Shown here piece by piece: positions 27,046 through 40,583 of a stretch of DNA of 64,000 nt. Positions within the stretch are counted from its first letter, which is position 1, and every line of letters starts with the position of its first letter. This DNA comes from Octopus vulgaris (lineage: Eukaryota). Made by a program: the position numbers and the translations under genes. Below the pieces are notes generated by a model, which searched no databases, was not told the DNA's origin, and was given only the letters and a program-made list of their open reading frames with translations. Where the stretch lies: positions 109,244,001-109,308,000 of the forward strand of contig OX597823.1 in the NCBI GenBank assembly GCA_951406725.2, given 5' to 3'.

Positions 27046-27484
27046 CACACACACACACACACAAACACACGCGCGCACATATATATATATTAGTGTAGCT
27101 TGTTCGCAATTTTACATCCGAATGGCAGAAATATATACGTCACTAAAGTGAAGTAACAGAGGGCACTAGCTAGCTCTAGCATTGCTAGAAATAAGAGTTA
27201 AAACAACTCATAGCCACAGGAAGCACCTTATCTTAATGACTGAGAAGGGATGCAAGCTCCCCCAGCACCTAGGCATAGCCAGATCACTGTGATATCATTC
27301 GTTTACTTGCACCACTTAAATACATGTTTGTTATCATGTAATAAATAGATATAGTGGAATGTTTACTGGCTGTTGTTTGTCGATTTTATATCCCCTCCAT
27401 TTTCTTATTTGCCCTATATATGTGTATGTGTGTGTATGTGTGCATGTGTATGTGTGCGTGTGTATGTATATATGTATATATATT

Positions 27485-27720
27485 GAGGATGCGACGAAGA
27501 AACATGCGATAGGTTTGTTTTAACCGTGACCCTACCGCTAGTGAAATTAGGTAAGTGATAACGGTATCTTCGCCTAAATCATGATACCATTTCGTTTTTG
27601 TCTTCTTTTTTCCTTCTTCTAAGTTATAATCATGGTTGGACCAGTACATGCCGTGCATTTACCGTAGAATCTTTTATCAAAAACGGTGAAACGAAAGATT
27701 TTTTTTTGCCGTACATTGTA
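27485..27720 (+). mobile_element. Deleted derivative of a DUF4817-type Tc1/mariner element
   Basis: WTSTCRAFTVESFIKNGE resembles the transposase N-terminus WTxEHRAFAVEAYFKNGES. The termini are only weakly inverted. Confidence 0.5.
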
Positions 27721-28159
27721 TGTGTGTATGTATGTACACTCCCAGACGTACACACGACATACATACACACATATAGACACATATAGACACATATAGACTC
27801 ATACACATACTTATTTGCAGTGTGCATGTTTGTGTGAACGTGTAGCACAAGTAAAGATTCGTTCGACTTTACGCAATTTTCAAAAGTGAAAGAACGAAAA
27901 TGCAGGAAAATTTCTCATCTCACTTATTAAATTTAAATATATAATGAGAACCTCGTTCTATTTTTTCTTTTCCGTAGATATGGGTGCTCAAGATGATTGC
28001 ATAATTTATTCATGCATTCATTTTTCTAAACATTTTTCTCATAATTCTTCAAAATTTTCAAATATTTGTATTAAAATTTTTCATTTCAGATAACAAAGGC
28101 AAAATCGAGTTTCGCAAGGTTTTCGTCAACCAGTACAATTCAACTCTTTCTGACGAAAT

Positions 28160-28287
28160 GTTGCTGCTGCTACTACTGATGGTGATGATGGTGATGATGA
28201 TGATGATGACGATGATGATGATGACGACGACGACTACGACGACGACAACGGCGATGGCGATGATGGTGATGATAGCGATGATGGTGG

Positions 28288-28325
<38 letters not shown>

Positions 28326-28515
28326 GTGGTGGTAGTGGTGATGACGACGACGACAACGGCGATGGCGATGATGGTGATTATGGCGATGATGATGATGATG
28401 ATGATGACGACTACGACGACTACGACGACTACGACGACTACGACGACGACAACTGCGATGGCGATGATGGTGATGATGCGATGATGAATATGATGATGAT
28501 GATGATGATGATTTA
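28160..28515. repeat. Compound (GAT)/(GAC)/(GGT) microsatellite
   Basis: Read directly. Confidence 0.95.
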
Positions 28516-28829
28516 TGTTATTTACTGCAAAGTGCATTGATACAGATTACAATGTGCGATGGTTTACATAAGAGAAAAGAAGAAGAAAACAAAATCATTG
28601 GGGAAATGAAATACAAAACAAGTTTATGTAATACACGAAATATGTGAAGACATATGCTGCCCCCCAGAAGCAGGATAGCATCAAACTAGGCCCAATCAAG
28701 AAATTGCACTCATCAAAAATCCCCCTGTGTTGGCAGCATCATAGGCTCCAGAGAAAATCTATACACCGGAACCTGTAGTGCTTCTTAATTGACAACAAGC
28801 CACAGCATGGATAGATCAGAATTGGACTT

Positions 28830-28889
28830 CCAGACCTCTGAGGCCCCAGGACAACAGCCCAGTGTGCCCGTGCCTTCACACAGCACTGC
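28830..28889 (-). mobile_element. Possible hAT-like MITE terminus
   Basis: Minus strand cagtgctgtgtgaaggcacgggcacactgggctgttgtcctggggcctc is a GC-rich CAGTG-start end typical of non-autonomous hATs. The partner TIR was not found. Confidence 0.35.
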
Positions 28890-29548
28890 CCTAAAAGTGC
28901 ACACACCTTCCTCCACCTGTTGGTCTCCAGAATACAGAGGAAAACTTGATGAATTTCCATTCAATCAAAACAGCTTCAGCTATTTTTTGTCAAAGTTACT
29001 GGGACAAATTTCTCTCTCACCCACCGTGACATCCATTTCCAAGAAGGACTTGGAAAATTCGATGAGGAATTGGTCGATCAGGAAATTGTTTGAGCTCCTT
29101 TCTTTCACCCCCGTCCACCACACATGTACTTCAGCTATAGCTGCTATAACAGAAAACATCGCATGTCCCATCTTCTTAAAGGCGGGTATGTGGCAATCCT
29201 TACAATGGACAAAGATGATGACCTAATTCGTCCTATATGTGACAGCTCTATTCTGACCTTGCTTGCAAGTCATCGATACTCGGACGCTGCATGAGTGCGT
29301 GCAGTACGGTGTTTTTTAAGTACATATACATACATGTATATATATATACGTGTGCATTTATACACACACTCACACATATATAAAATCAACACATTTTAAG
29401 AATACTATCATAATATTTTATCAGAACTGAGATTTACGCGGATCGATTTATCTTTGCCATATATCCACTAATTTCGATGATTTTCCTACATATACAAATC
29501 TTAATATTAATATTTATTCATGGATCTCTCTCTCTCTCTCTTCTCTTG

Positions 29549-29657
<109 letters not shown>

Positions 29658-29742
29658 TATAGATAGATAGATTGATAAGATATATATAGATATATATATA
29701 GTTATAGATATATATATAGATATATAATAACAATAATAATAA

Positions 29743-29773
<31 letters not shown>

Positions 29774-29854
29774 AATTATTATTATTATTATTACTATTAT
29801 TATTATTATCATTACTATTATCACTATCATTATTATTATTATTATTAATAACTG

Positions 29855-30110
29855 GTATTTTTGAAAGGAGCTGTTGACTTACCGGTGCTGCCTGATGTCT
29901 CTCGTACACGATGTTCTTCCATAGCCAGGATTTATCGGTGGTATTTACAGCTCTGTTCTGCTTCGTTTTCCTATTACTCTGCAGATTTCTCCCATTCATA
30001 GATATGCTTTCATGACAACTGAGAATTAAATGGATCCAGTTAGTCTTATCTTCTATACATAAGATGATTTTCCCATTAATGTAGAGCTTAAAAATGAAGT
30101 TATGGATACC
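29855..30110 (-). pseudogene. Possible Penelope-like linker/GIY-YIG-proximal fragment
   Basis: KSWLWKNIVYE resembles PLE GKCLxKNIVY. Flanked by microsatellites. Confidence 0.4.
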
Positions 30111-30163
30111 CTAATTACATCTGCATTCTGATACATACATAGGTACATATGTTACGGCATATG

Positions 30164-30202
<39 letters not shown>

Positions 30203-30551
30203 CTGTGCGTATACAAACGTTTATGTCGTTGTGCAGTTGGAAATATGTATATCTGAGCCACATAATGTTGTAATTTTCCAGTTGTGTAATACTGGATATG
30301 ATATTTAGTTGCAATTTAAAAAAGAAGATTTTAATATCACCGATTTACTTTATTTTTCCACTTGTCTTCGTTCTGTGTAGATTCAGTTCGAATGGGAAAT
30401 AGATAAACTACAGGTCTAGTTCCGAACTGATTTAATATAACGAATCAAACTTGACAGATAACGCCATTAAGTTACATGTATTTTTGTGAGGCACAACTTC
30501 CCTGATGCATGATTATATAATTAGTAAATAAGTTTTCAAGTAACACACACT

Positions 30552-30635
<84 letters not shown>

Positions 30636-30644
30636 CATATATGT

Positions 30645-30849
30645 CACTTGAAAGCTTTGGGTCAGTCGCCATGATAGATCGTTAGCCACTACACACATTT
30701 TTTCTCTTCTTGTTTTCTCTGTGTCCCTTTTGTAGAAGAGTGTAGGCTCGAAACGTAAAAGACTTTTTCTATTCTTGAGCGTTATACTAATACATCTGTT
30801 TGATTTGTACGCCACCTGTCTTCGTCTTTTGTTTTTTTCGTAAACTCAC

Positions 30850-30852
<3 letters not shown>
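30645..30852 (+). mobile_element. Penelope-like terminal-repeat island in (TA)n with variant hammerhead motif (30727-30761)
   Basis: cttt-TGTAGA-a-gagt-gtag-gctc-GAAAC-GTA-aaag, with pyrimidine-rich flanks and (TA)n on both sides. Confidence 0.55.
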
Positions 30853-30882
<30 letters not shown>

Positions 30883-30884
<2 letters not shown>

Positions 30885-31408
30885 TAAGTAATTAAGGGTT
30901 TAGCGACGATTTGCATCACCACACACCGAATTTAGAAATAGCAGTCAAAAAGTTTTGGCTATTCTTTCTACTTAAAAGGGAGATCCCAGTAAAACCAAAG
31001 CACTTAAAAAGCAAACAACGCATGCAAAAGAGAAAGAAATGACGAAAATCATTCTATATTAAGTCACCCACGGACATACGTTTCGGAATTAAGTCATTGC
31101 AGAACATAAAAATTAAATAATTATGTCTTACCTGACTATTTTCCTCCTCAGCGTAGGACTCTTCAATTATAAATAATTGCATCTCAATCATTAATAATTG
31201 TGTATTAAATTTGAAGGCACTAGAAGACATCACCTCAACTCATGGTATCAGAGCGAGCGTTAGCCATTACCAGTACCTCCAAATTCAAAGGGTGAATGAA
31301 AGTATGTCACCATCCCCCTTCCGCCAGCTGCTGTCAAAATAAGATGCTACAATATTTTACTGGGATGAAAAACAATTATCAATAATTATCAATAATAATT
31401 ATTATTGA

Positions 31409-31415
<7 letters not shown>
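30883..31415 (-). mobile_element. Penelope-like terminal-repeat island in (TA)n
   Basis: Bounded by (TA)n on both sides. Contains the hammerhead at 31067-31157 and ends in a 34-bp perfect palindrome. Confidence 0.65.
31067..31157 (-). ncRNA. Type I hammerhead ribozyme with extended stem II
   Basis: cctacg-CTGAGGA-ggaaaatagtca...tgacttaattcc-GAAA-cgtatg-TC-cgtggg: 6-bp stem I, GUC site. Confidence 0.87.
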
Positions 31416-31467
<52 letters not shown>

Positions 31468-31852
31468 AACGAAATTTTAAAAGATAATATTACACTAAAC
31501 CCCAAAGAAGCACGGTATCTCAATGTGGTATAAGTTCATTGCTATAAGATCAAAATTATTGAATATTTTGTTACTGATTCATTACGTTACAGTATTACAT
31601 TCAAAGCTTGTCGTGATTTAGACTGAAGATGGGTGGACTCAGCTCAAGCGATTTGTACGAGAAATGTTTTATGAAAATGGTATGCATATACATAAACATA
31701 TACGCATACTCGAGCGAACACACAAATATACATAGATCAATTATCAGCAGCCAATATGAAGAACATTACCATACAAACCATGTCAATCAAAATTTATGCA
31801 CGAACACCTCCACTGCCATCTTACTTTTAGTGTCATTAACACCAGCTCCAAA

Positions 31853-32472
31853 GGCGGCGAGCTGGCAGAAACATTAGCTCGCTGGGCGAAATGCTTAACA
31901 GTATTTCGTTTGTCTTTGTGTTCTGAGTTCAAATTGCGCCGAGGTCGACTTTGCCTTTCATCCTTTCGGGGTCGATAAATTAAGTACCAGTTACGCACTG
32001 GGGTCGATTTAATCGACTTAATCCGTTTGCCTGTCCTTGTTTGTCCCCTTTATGTTTAGCTCCTTGTGGGCAAAAAAAGAAATAAGAAACGTTAGCACGC
32101 CGGGCGGAATGCTTAGCGGTATTTCGTCTGCCGTTACGTTCTGAGTTCAAATCCCGCCGAGGTTGAATATGCCTTTCATCCTTTCGGGGTCGATTAAATA
32201 AGTACGAGTTACGCACTGGGGTCGATGTAATCGACTTAATCCGTTTGTCTGTCCTTGTTTGTCCTCTCTGTGTTTAGCCCCTTGTGGGTAGTAAAGAAAT
32301 TGAAATAGGTATTTCGTCTGTCTTTACGTTCTGAGTTCAAATTCCATTTAGGTTGACTTTGCCTTTTTTCTTTTCGAGGTCGATGAATTAAGTACCAGTT
32401 ACGTACTGGGGTTGATATAATCGACTGGCCCCTCCCCCAAAATTTCAGGCCTTGTGCCTAGAGTAGAAAAAA
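31853..32472 (+). mobile_element. Trimeric Deu/Nin-like SINE
   Basis: Head ggcggcgagctggcagaa, three copies of the ctgagttcaaat...aagtacc block, and TSD ttaacaccagctcca (31836-31850) / ttaacactagctcca (32477-32491). Confidence 0.9.
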
Positions 32473-32670
32473 ATGGTTAACACTAGCTCCAGCCAAATTA
32501 ACATCTTTATTGTTATAATCATTCTAACTGTCGGCACTCCAGATATGCCATCCCTTCAAAGGAAACGCTATACCAATGATTTCTAACCGAGGTTGTGCGG
32601 CACCGCTTTAGACTGCCGCAGGTAGTAGAAAGTGATATGGCGAATTTGTAAACTTATAACAATATTCAAT

Positions 32671-32910
32671 GTGGTGAGCAGGCAGAATCATTAGCCCACC
32701 GGACAAAGTTCGTAGCGGCGTTTCCTCCGACTTTACTTTCTGAGTTCAAATTCCGCCAAAGTCAACTTAGCCTTTCTTCCTTTCGGGGTCGATGAAATAA
32801 GTTCCAATTGAATACTGAAGTCGATGAAATAAAGACCAGATGAGCACTGGGGTCAATGTAGTATTTGCTCCCTTCGCTAAATTCCCAGCTGAGTGCTTAT
32901 AACAGAAAGG
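32671..32910 (+). mobile_element. Older monomeric Deu/Nin-like SINE
   Basis: gtggtgagcaggcagaatcattagc...ctgagttcaaattccgcc...cctttcggggtcgatgaaataag. Confidence 0.8.
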
Positions 32911-33628
32911 AATATTATACACTATTCAAAAACTATGGGTATCAGATGCATTAAACAGAAGAAAATAGACCGTTGATGAAACAGAAATGTTAGAAGCTTC
33001 TTCTCGCGGGTATCACTTGAACTTCCAGAAATAGCAGCCGAAATGTCATCAAATCATATTCCACATTTCTAAAAAAGAAAAAAAGAGAAATATTAGTGAA
33101 TGAGATCCATGATTCCATGCGTTTAGAACAAATATTAGATTGCTATGGCGAGGATGTTTTGGATCATATTCTCCTCGATCAGCATTGATTTAAACCGATC
33201 ATTAGCATCACCAAAACCATCGATCCCGAAAGAAAGAAAGGCAATAATATCACAAACCACATCCACAATACTTAATCTGTCGTAAACATAAAGTCTAGAA
33301 CCACAAATACCAACAGCATTACCAACACCACTACTTTCATCATTGCAACAGCCACTACTTTCACTGTCACTGGTTTCACAACAATTTTTGCCCTCCAGCT
33401 TTTCATGTTTTATAGTATTTCTTCCTGTGCTGACACTAGATGTCTATATATGTCCTACAAAAGAAAATTGCAATTTAATTATGATTGAACTTCTAAACAA
33501 GAACCACCCCGTCGTGCCTTTAAGTTTAGATCCCCTTCATTTAACCCTTTATCTTCCACCATTTAATCTTATTATATAGCAATCAAATATGTGTGTGCAT
33601 GTGTATATAAATATACATAGACACAAAT

Positions 33629-33667
<39 letters not shown>

Positions 33668-34256
33668 CACACACATATATGTAATGATTATATAAATGAA
33701 AAATGTAAAAATATTTACATGCATACTCTACACTTATGTATTAATCTATATAGATACATGCATAAATGTGTGTGTATATATGTGTGTGCATGTGTGCTCG
33801 TGTGTATGTGTGCGCACTCTTTTCGCTCCTAAACCTACGCCAGCACACATATTATGTCACTTCAGCTCTTAATCTATTTTTCACCAATTTAAACTTCCCT
33901 GTATTGTTTGGAGACAAATCAGAGTTTTTATCTATCATCCACCGTCTCGTACAGCCACCACCTTTTTCCCTCCCTCGCCCTCTCTCTCTCTTTCATTTCC
34001 TCTTTTATGTCATTATATCTCTCCTTATCTCCCCTGTCCCTCTCTCTATCCCTCTGTCTTTCTCCCCCTCTCTTTCTTTCTTTCCCTCTCTGTCTCTGAA
34101 CACATGCATATACATCACAGACACAGAATGAAACTGAGAAGATTAGTAATTTTTTTCTAATTATAAATAATCATAACATACATAAATCCAGAGCAACACA
34201 TATTCGTATGTGTGTGTGTGTATAACTATATATGTGCGTGCGTGTACATATATATT

Positions 34257-34300
<44 letters not shown>

Positions 34301-34393
34301 TATATACATAGTTACCATGTGGATGCCTGTGTATAATATTTTATCTGATCAGAAGAGACGAACCAAACGACTCCATCGAGTCTGAACAGATAA

Positions 34394-34436
<43 letters not shown>

Positions 34437-34705
34437 ATGCATAGTATATAAACGTTTCGGCCGAACATCTTTTACCCACCGCCACCACTGCCACCGGCGC
34501 TGCACCTCATCTACAACGATCCACCATTCCCAGACCTCTCCAACTCACCTCGCCATCACTCAGCTATCCTTACCGACCAATCACCTGCCTGAGTACCTCC
34601 TACATGTCCCCTTTATTATGGCTTTATCTCCAAACTGTAATCTCTCCCTCTACCTACCTACCTACCTCTCTCTCTCTCATTCTTTCCATCTCTATTTCTG
34701 TTTAT

Positions 34706-34740
<35 letters not shown>

Positions 34741-35904
34741 ATAAATAGTGTAACTGTATACTTAGCCGTTCTGTCATTAAAGCATGACTCCATTCGCCGC
34801 TTTTCTTTTTTAACTGGTGATGCAATGATACTGTAGTTGTTGTTGTTGATTTGGTTGATATTATTGGCATTGAAGGTATGACTGTTGCTGTTGTTGTTGT
34901 TGTCGTTGCTGCTGCTGCTACTGCTGCAGCTTCCACTGCTTTTATTTAGCACAACGTCAATCCTGATCCAGTCGACCGACCAGACCTATATTCTAAGACA
35001 TTCCATCCATGAACCATCCACCATTTTATGTAACAAAGATTATATTTTTCAATGTGTCGTTCCTTTTGTTTCTAATGATGGTTTGATGTAATTTCATGAA
35101 TAGTTATCTGACATTTCCTGCTTGCAGTTTTACCACGTAGAGGTTTCCTCGGCCTTGATAAAATTAGAGTTGATACCGAATTAGTATCTTGAGTTTGGAC
35201 CGCCTGGTTTGTGACTATTGCTGTTGTTGCTGCTTGCACATATGGTGATATAGACGAGATCTCGTGACGTTGGCAAAACGCCAGTAGTGCACGACTAAAC
35301 GAATTCACACATGGCTGTGAGCTTAACGCAACATTTCGTAAATACATGGCGTCAAGTTGGATGAAAGAGTGTGACAACTTGAACCAGACTCCTCACCCCA
35401 TAGCGTCATCAGGTTGACTAAAACCTTGAGACAAAATTCTTGTGACCACAACCTGTGAAGAGAAGACTTTCCTAAAAGCTAGGGTCTCTATTTTCATAAC
35501 AGTATACATAGATTTCTGTTAAACTCCTAGACTTCTGGGGCCTCCGGGGAACTGCTTAGAGACCGCAAAGCCACCATGTGATTGAGTCCTTTAACATAGT
35601 TTACTTTATTTGAATTCCAGTCTGATGATAATTTCTTCTGTGACGTACGTCCGGAAAAGTATGGCGGGTGCTGCCCCGTCACCCGATGACTACTCAAATA
35701 AAAGCAATTAGCTGTACTTACTTACGTTCAGCTAATTTCAGCTAATACATGAGTTCATATCCCAAGAAGATTATCGTTTATATTTCATCGTCTCACTGGC
35801 CTTGATAAACATACCAGCGATATACATACTGGCTTCGATTTATTAGACCACATTGGCTAATTGACTGAAAGCAACGGGGGCAGTTTCTGTTACTCTTTCA
35901 GATA

Positions 35905-36117
35905 TTGCTTTCAATATCTAGCACAAGTCCAGTAATTTTGGGAGAGGGGATAAGTCGATTACATCGATTCCAGTGCTCAGTTTATGCTTATTTTATCGAT
36001 TTCGAATGGATAAAAAGTCGACCTCGGAAGGAAATGAAATCAGAGCGTTCAGAAGGATGAAATGTCCCTAAAACATTTTTGCCTGATGTGATAACGGTTC
36101 TGTCAGCTTACCGCCTT
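35905..36117 (-). mobile_element. Old Deu/Nin-like SINE
   Basis: Diverged reverse complement of the family, ending ...gtcagcttaccgcctt. Confidence 0.7.
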
Positions 36118-36309
36118 ATGGTTCTTTTAGATATTACTACGGATGTTTTGTTTAGGCCCAAGTCAAGTTTTAGTGAATATTTCTATGATCAAAAGCATTC
36201 CATGACAATCTTGGCTTTCCTTGGGTATTGAGTATGTCCTTGTGTATGTCCATTCCTTTTTTCCATCCGAATGCCGATTGAATGCTATCTCAAGAACGTG
36301 AAATATCAC

Positions 36310-36539
36310 CTTTCTTTACTACCCACAAGGGGCTAAACACAGAGGAGACAAACAAGGACAGACACGCGGATTAAGTCGATTATATCGACTCCAGTACGTA
36401 ACTGGTACTTTATTTATCGACCCCGAAAGGATGAAAGGCAAAGTCGACCTCGGCGGAATTTGAACTCAGAACGCAGCGGCGGACGAAATACCAGAAAGCA
36501 TTTCGCCCTGCGTGCTAACGATTCTGCCAGCTCGCCGCC
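36310..36539 (-). mobile_element. Young monomeric Deu/Nin-like SINE
   Basis: Head plus one unit, with a perfect 13-bp direct repeat cgtgaaatatcac at 36297-36309 and 36539-36551. Confidence 0.92.
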
Positions 36540-37619
36540 GTGAAATATCACGTATAGAATCTTATATGGTGGGATTGTTGCTGAGGGAATGCTATAAAAT
36601 CTAATTGTCACTCGAAGACATTTACCACCACATGATATCAAAAGTAAATTAATGCATTTCATCTTCACTTGTAAGGCTATTTCGAGAAAAGGGATTATAG
36701 CCACAAAATCCCTTTCATCTGTTAAGTACACCGTTAATGCGAAGCTAAACGATATTCTTAATTTCTAATTTCTAATTGAAGTTTACACACACTGCACGCA
36801 CGCACACACACATGCATACACACATACATGCACACGCACTCACGCACGCGCGCGCACACACACACTCACACACACAGATACAAACATGTATATATTTCGT
36901 TTTACGCTAAGAAGCAGTGGACGATGCAAGTATTTTCGACTCGAGTCAAATTTAACAAACCACTCCAAATTCTTGTTAGACTATCCGCATAAGTGGTGAC
37001 AAGATCGACTAGTTTGTATTGTCATCGTGTCGTAGTAGATGTAGTACGTGTTAAATGATTTCAAAATATCACCATTTGATTTGACCTCATTATTACAACA
37101 ATATTTAAAGGATTCATTGGACACAGTGTAAGGCGACTGTTGTTATCGTTAGGCCTAACTCATCGTAAAGCAAATACCACCACGAATGATATCCAGGCTG
37201 CAATGGAGAAGGCAAGCCAGTGGATTTCGTTTAAAAGACACGATGAGCAATGGCTCGAAGAATATTGAGCGAAACCTGATAACCAGTTCATCTAGCAAGC
37301 GGAGCCTCATTTCAGTCAGTGGGGGCCGATACGCAATGATGTCGTCTAGAGCTAGGCCCCGAAACGGGGCACATTCTCTCCTAATGAATCTATATACTTA
37401 CTAGCATCCAGTATCAGGATTTGTCAACTAGTAACACATGCACCTACAAGTTCTTTGCAAGTTATATGTGTATGTGTGAGTGTGTTGTGTCATTATATAT
37501 GTGTGTGTGTTTGTGTGCGTGCGCGTGCGTGCGTGTTTTTGCGCGCGCATGTGTGCCTTAGTAAAGTAACACTTCCTCTGTAGTGCTACGTCTACCTTGT
37601 CTTCTTCATTCCTAATGTG

Positions 37620-38640
37620 TCCCAAACAGAAGTAAGAAATCATTATTGAATCCTTCCTTGAGGGTCAGAAGCTGTCCAATATTCACAACTAGCTACGTGG
37701 GTTTTCCGGAGACAACCTCATTCACAAGATCAATGTGGACATATGGTTGAAGAATTTTAGAGGATGGAAAACAAGCATTGAAGAAAAACCACTAATTGGG
37801 AGATCCTCAGTTGACATGGGACACAAGCGATGGGGACAAAATGATTCGCATGGAAAAGTGAGTCATAATCCAAAGCTTTGTGACACGAACGGTCTGTAGT
37901 CCCAACGTCGTATAAATGATGGTGGAAGATATTGAATATCAGAAAATGTGCGTAAAATGGATGCTTCCACCACTGAAACCAATTTAAAGGGAAAATGGTT
38001 CAAAGCTGTTCTGATCTACTGAAAGCATTTCAAAGCAATGAATTGACACGTTTTTCCGGTTTGGAATGTTGTTATGAAACGACGATATATCTTTATGATC
38101 TGGAAACGAAGGCTCACTTCATAGAATGGCATCACACCCGTTCTTCATGACCTAGGAAGTTCGAGAGTAAACAGCCAGCACAGAATATAATGGTGACTGT
38201 TTTTGGAATGACAATGGTGTCATTATCCATGGTTTTTGTGGAAAGGGATTGTGCCGTGAACAGCCACTAATCACATCGAGACACTCAAATTTATAGCGAA
38301 TCCATTAGGAGGAAGATATTGAACAAGAATCTAAAACTATCGGTATTTAATGAGTGATAGTGCGTTGTCACATAATGCATAGTCTGTTATATGAAGTAAT
38401 CGGCAAATCGGACCGGTCAGTAATCCTCCATCCACTATACGGTCCGGAACGGGAGTCCTTCGAATCAAACATTCGGCTCAGTGAAACGCAGGTACCAATG
38501 GAAACGATTTGATGACACGGTCAGACCTCTAAAACTTTTGATCAGGCCACGACGTGTAATTGTGCACCGAGTTAAGTAAGTACTTGAAGCACATGCACCT
38601 CATAGTTCTAGCTTTCCCACATCTGCACAGGCAACTGTCT
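37620..38640 (+). pseudogene. Decayed mariner (DD34D-type) transposase
   Basis: ETTIYLYDLETKAHFIEWHHTRSS*PRKFESKQPAQNIMVTVF resembles DETWVYHYDPETKxQSxEW..PKK..SAGKVMxTVFW. LHPLYGPE resembles HPPYSPD. Confidence 0.75.
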
Positions 38641-39255
38641 TTCAGGCGGATCGAATGAAAATATAAATCTAGCTGGTCACACACGATATCATTTTCATGA
38701 GTAGAGCGTTGGAACGGAGTCTGTTCTCTTTGATACAGAGTTAATGAGGATTTTCGAGTTACCCCTTGATTGGTATGAAATGATAACAGCATCAGCTATT
38801 ATATGAAATAACAATTGTCTACGTTTAGGTATGTGCATTATATCCGTCTGCCTCTGTGTGTATCTATATATATATGTATTTGTACATATATGTGTGTGTG
38901 TGTGTGTGTGTGCATATACATATGATGTGTATATGATGTGTATATATATGTGTGTGTGTGTGTGTGTGTGAGAGAGAGTATATCGGAATAGCTATAATGT
39001 AATTAGAATGAACTGAAAGACATATAAAGTAATACATCCATAAGTGAGGTCTGTAAAACAACGAAATCTGTAATGTTCAAACTGTATGCATGAATTTATT
39101 GTTGTATAGATGTCTAAAATAAAACACACACACACACATACGCTTATACAGACACACCGACACACCACATGCATACACACCACATAGAGAGTACACATCG
39201 CATACAGCACACTCTATCACGCACACACTCTCCTCCTCTCCCTTTCTCTCTCCTT

Positions 39256-39304
<49 letters not shown>

Positions 39305-39944
39305 ATGTTTCAGATTGCTATAGTTCTGCACTCACATGTCTCCGATGAGATTCAAGAATTATACAAAAATAAAAAGCCAAACGAACGTTTTTTGTTTTCT
39401 CTCTTTTCTTTTTGTCTTCCTTACCACAAGAAAAGACTAGTATTATATAATTATATATATTTAGTTTTTACTTACAGTTATTTGCAAAGTTCTGTCGGAA
39501 TAGTATTTTAATTGCAGTTACTCTGTACTTTTCGCGTGTTTATGTAGTTTTACAGCGTAATTCGATATGCAGGGGAGAATAACATACAAAAGCATCTCAC
39601 AATTTATAAAAGGCAACTAATGTAATAATGGTATATTATGTAACAGAAGCAACATTTTCTAATATATTATCTGAAATAAACATGAAATACAAAACCATTG
39701 AAATAACTTTGTAAGATTAGTATCAGACCAAAAATAAAATCCGAAATGTATAAACAGGTGATGAGATGGAAATTATCAGAGAGCAAAGAAGAACAAAAAA
39801 ATGAAAAAAAGAGATAAAAAAAAACCCCCATCACAAACGAATATGTTAAATTACATTAAACGATTATTTATAAAAGTGGACAAGCAATGTATTCAAACAT
39901 GCACCAAAAATCAACGATGGTATAACATTTGCGATAGCAGGTGC

Positions 39945-39962
39945 ACTACTACCACCACCACC

Positions 39963-40012
<50 letters not shown>

Positions 40013-40013
40013 A

Positions 40014-40045
<32 letters not shown>

Positions 40046-40241
40046 AACTACTACTGCTACTACTACTTCTACAACTACTACTGCTACTTCTACAACTACT
40101 ACTACTACTACTACTACTTCTACAACTACTACTGCTACTACTACTTCTACAACTACTACTGCTACTTCTACAACTACTACTTCTTCAACTACTTCTACTA
40201 CTACTATTATTATTACTACTACTACTACTACTGCTTCTACA

Positions 40242-40279
<38 letters not shown>

Positions 40280-40280
40280 A

Positions 40281-40320
<40 letters not shown>

Positions 40321-40350
40321 TTACTACTACTACTACTACTACTACTACTG
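39945..40350. repeat. (CTA)n-based compound microsatellite with recurring ttctacaa interruptions
   Basis: Read directly. Confidence 0.95.
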
Positions 40351-40583
40351 ATTTCTGAAATAGATCAAATGCCACACGTATATATGATGTCAGTACTCAA
40401 CTGCAGCATTTTTTATCCCCCCCCCCAGCCGCCTGACACAAAGAGTCGACTGCTGAGATATTTAATCTCAGAGAGTAAAGGGAAATAACTAAATGCCGAA
40501 TGTATTTTGCCTGCTGCTCAAGTAATCCTCCTACTTCATCCCTTTTAGTAATAAATACAATTCTAATATGAAACACATAAATC

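Noticed and set aside
37235-37375. Hammerhead-like gatgagc...gcgaaacc and ccccgaaacgggg
   Set aside because: No intact CUGANGA and no matching stem I.
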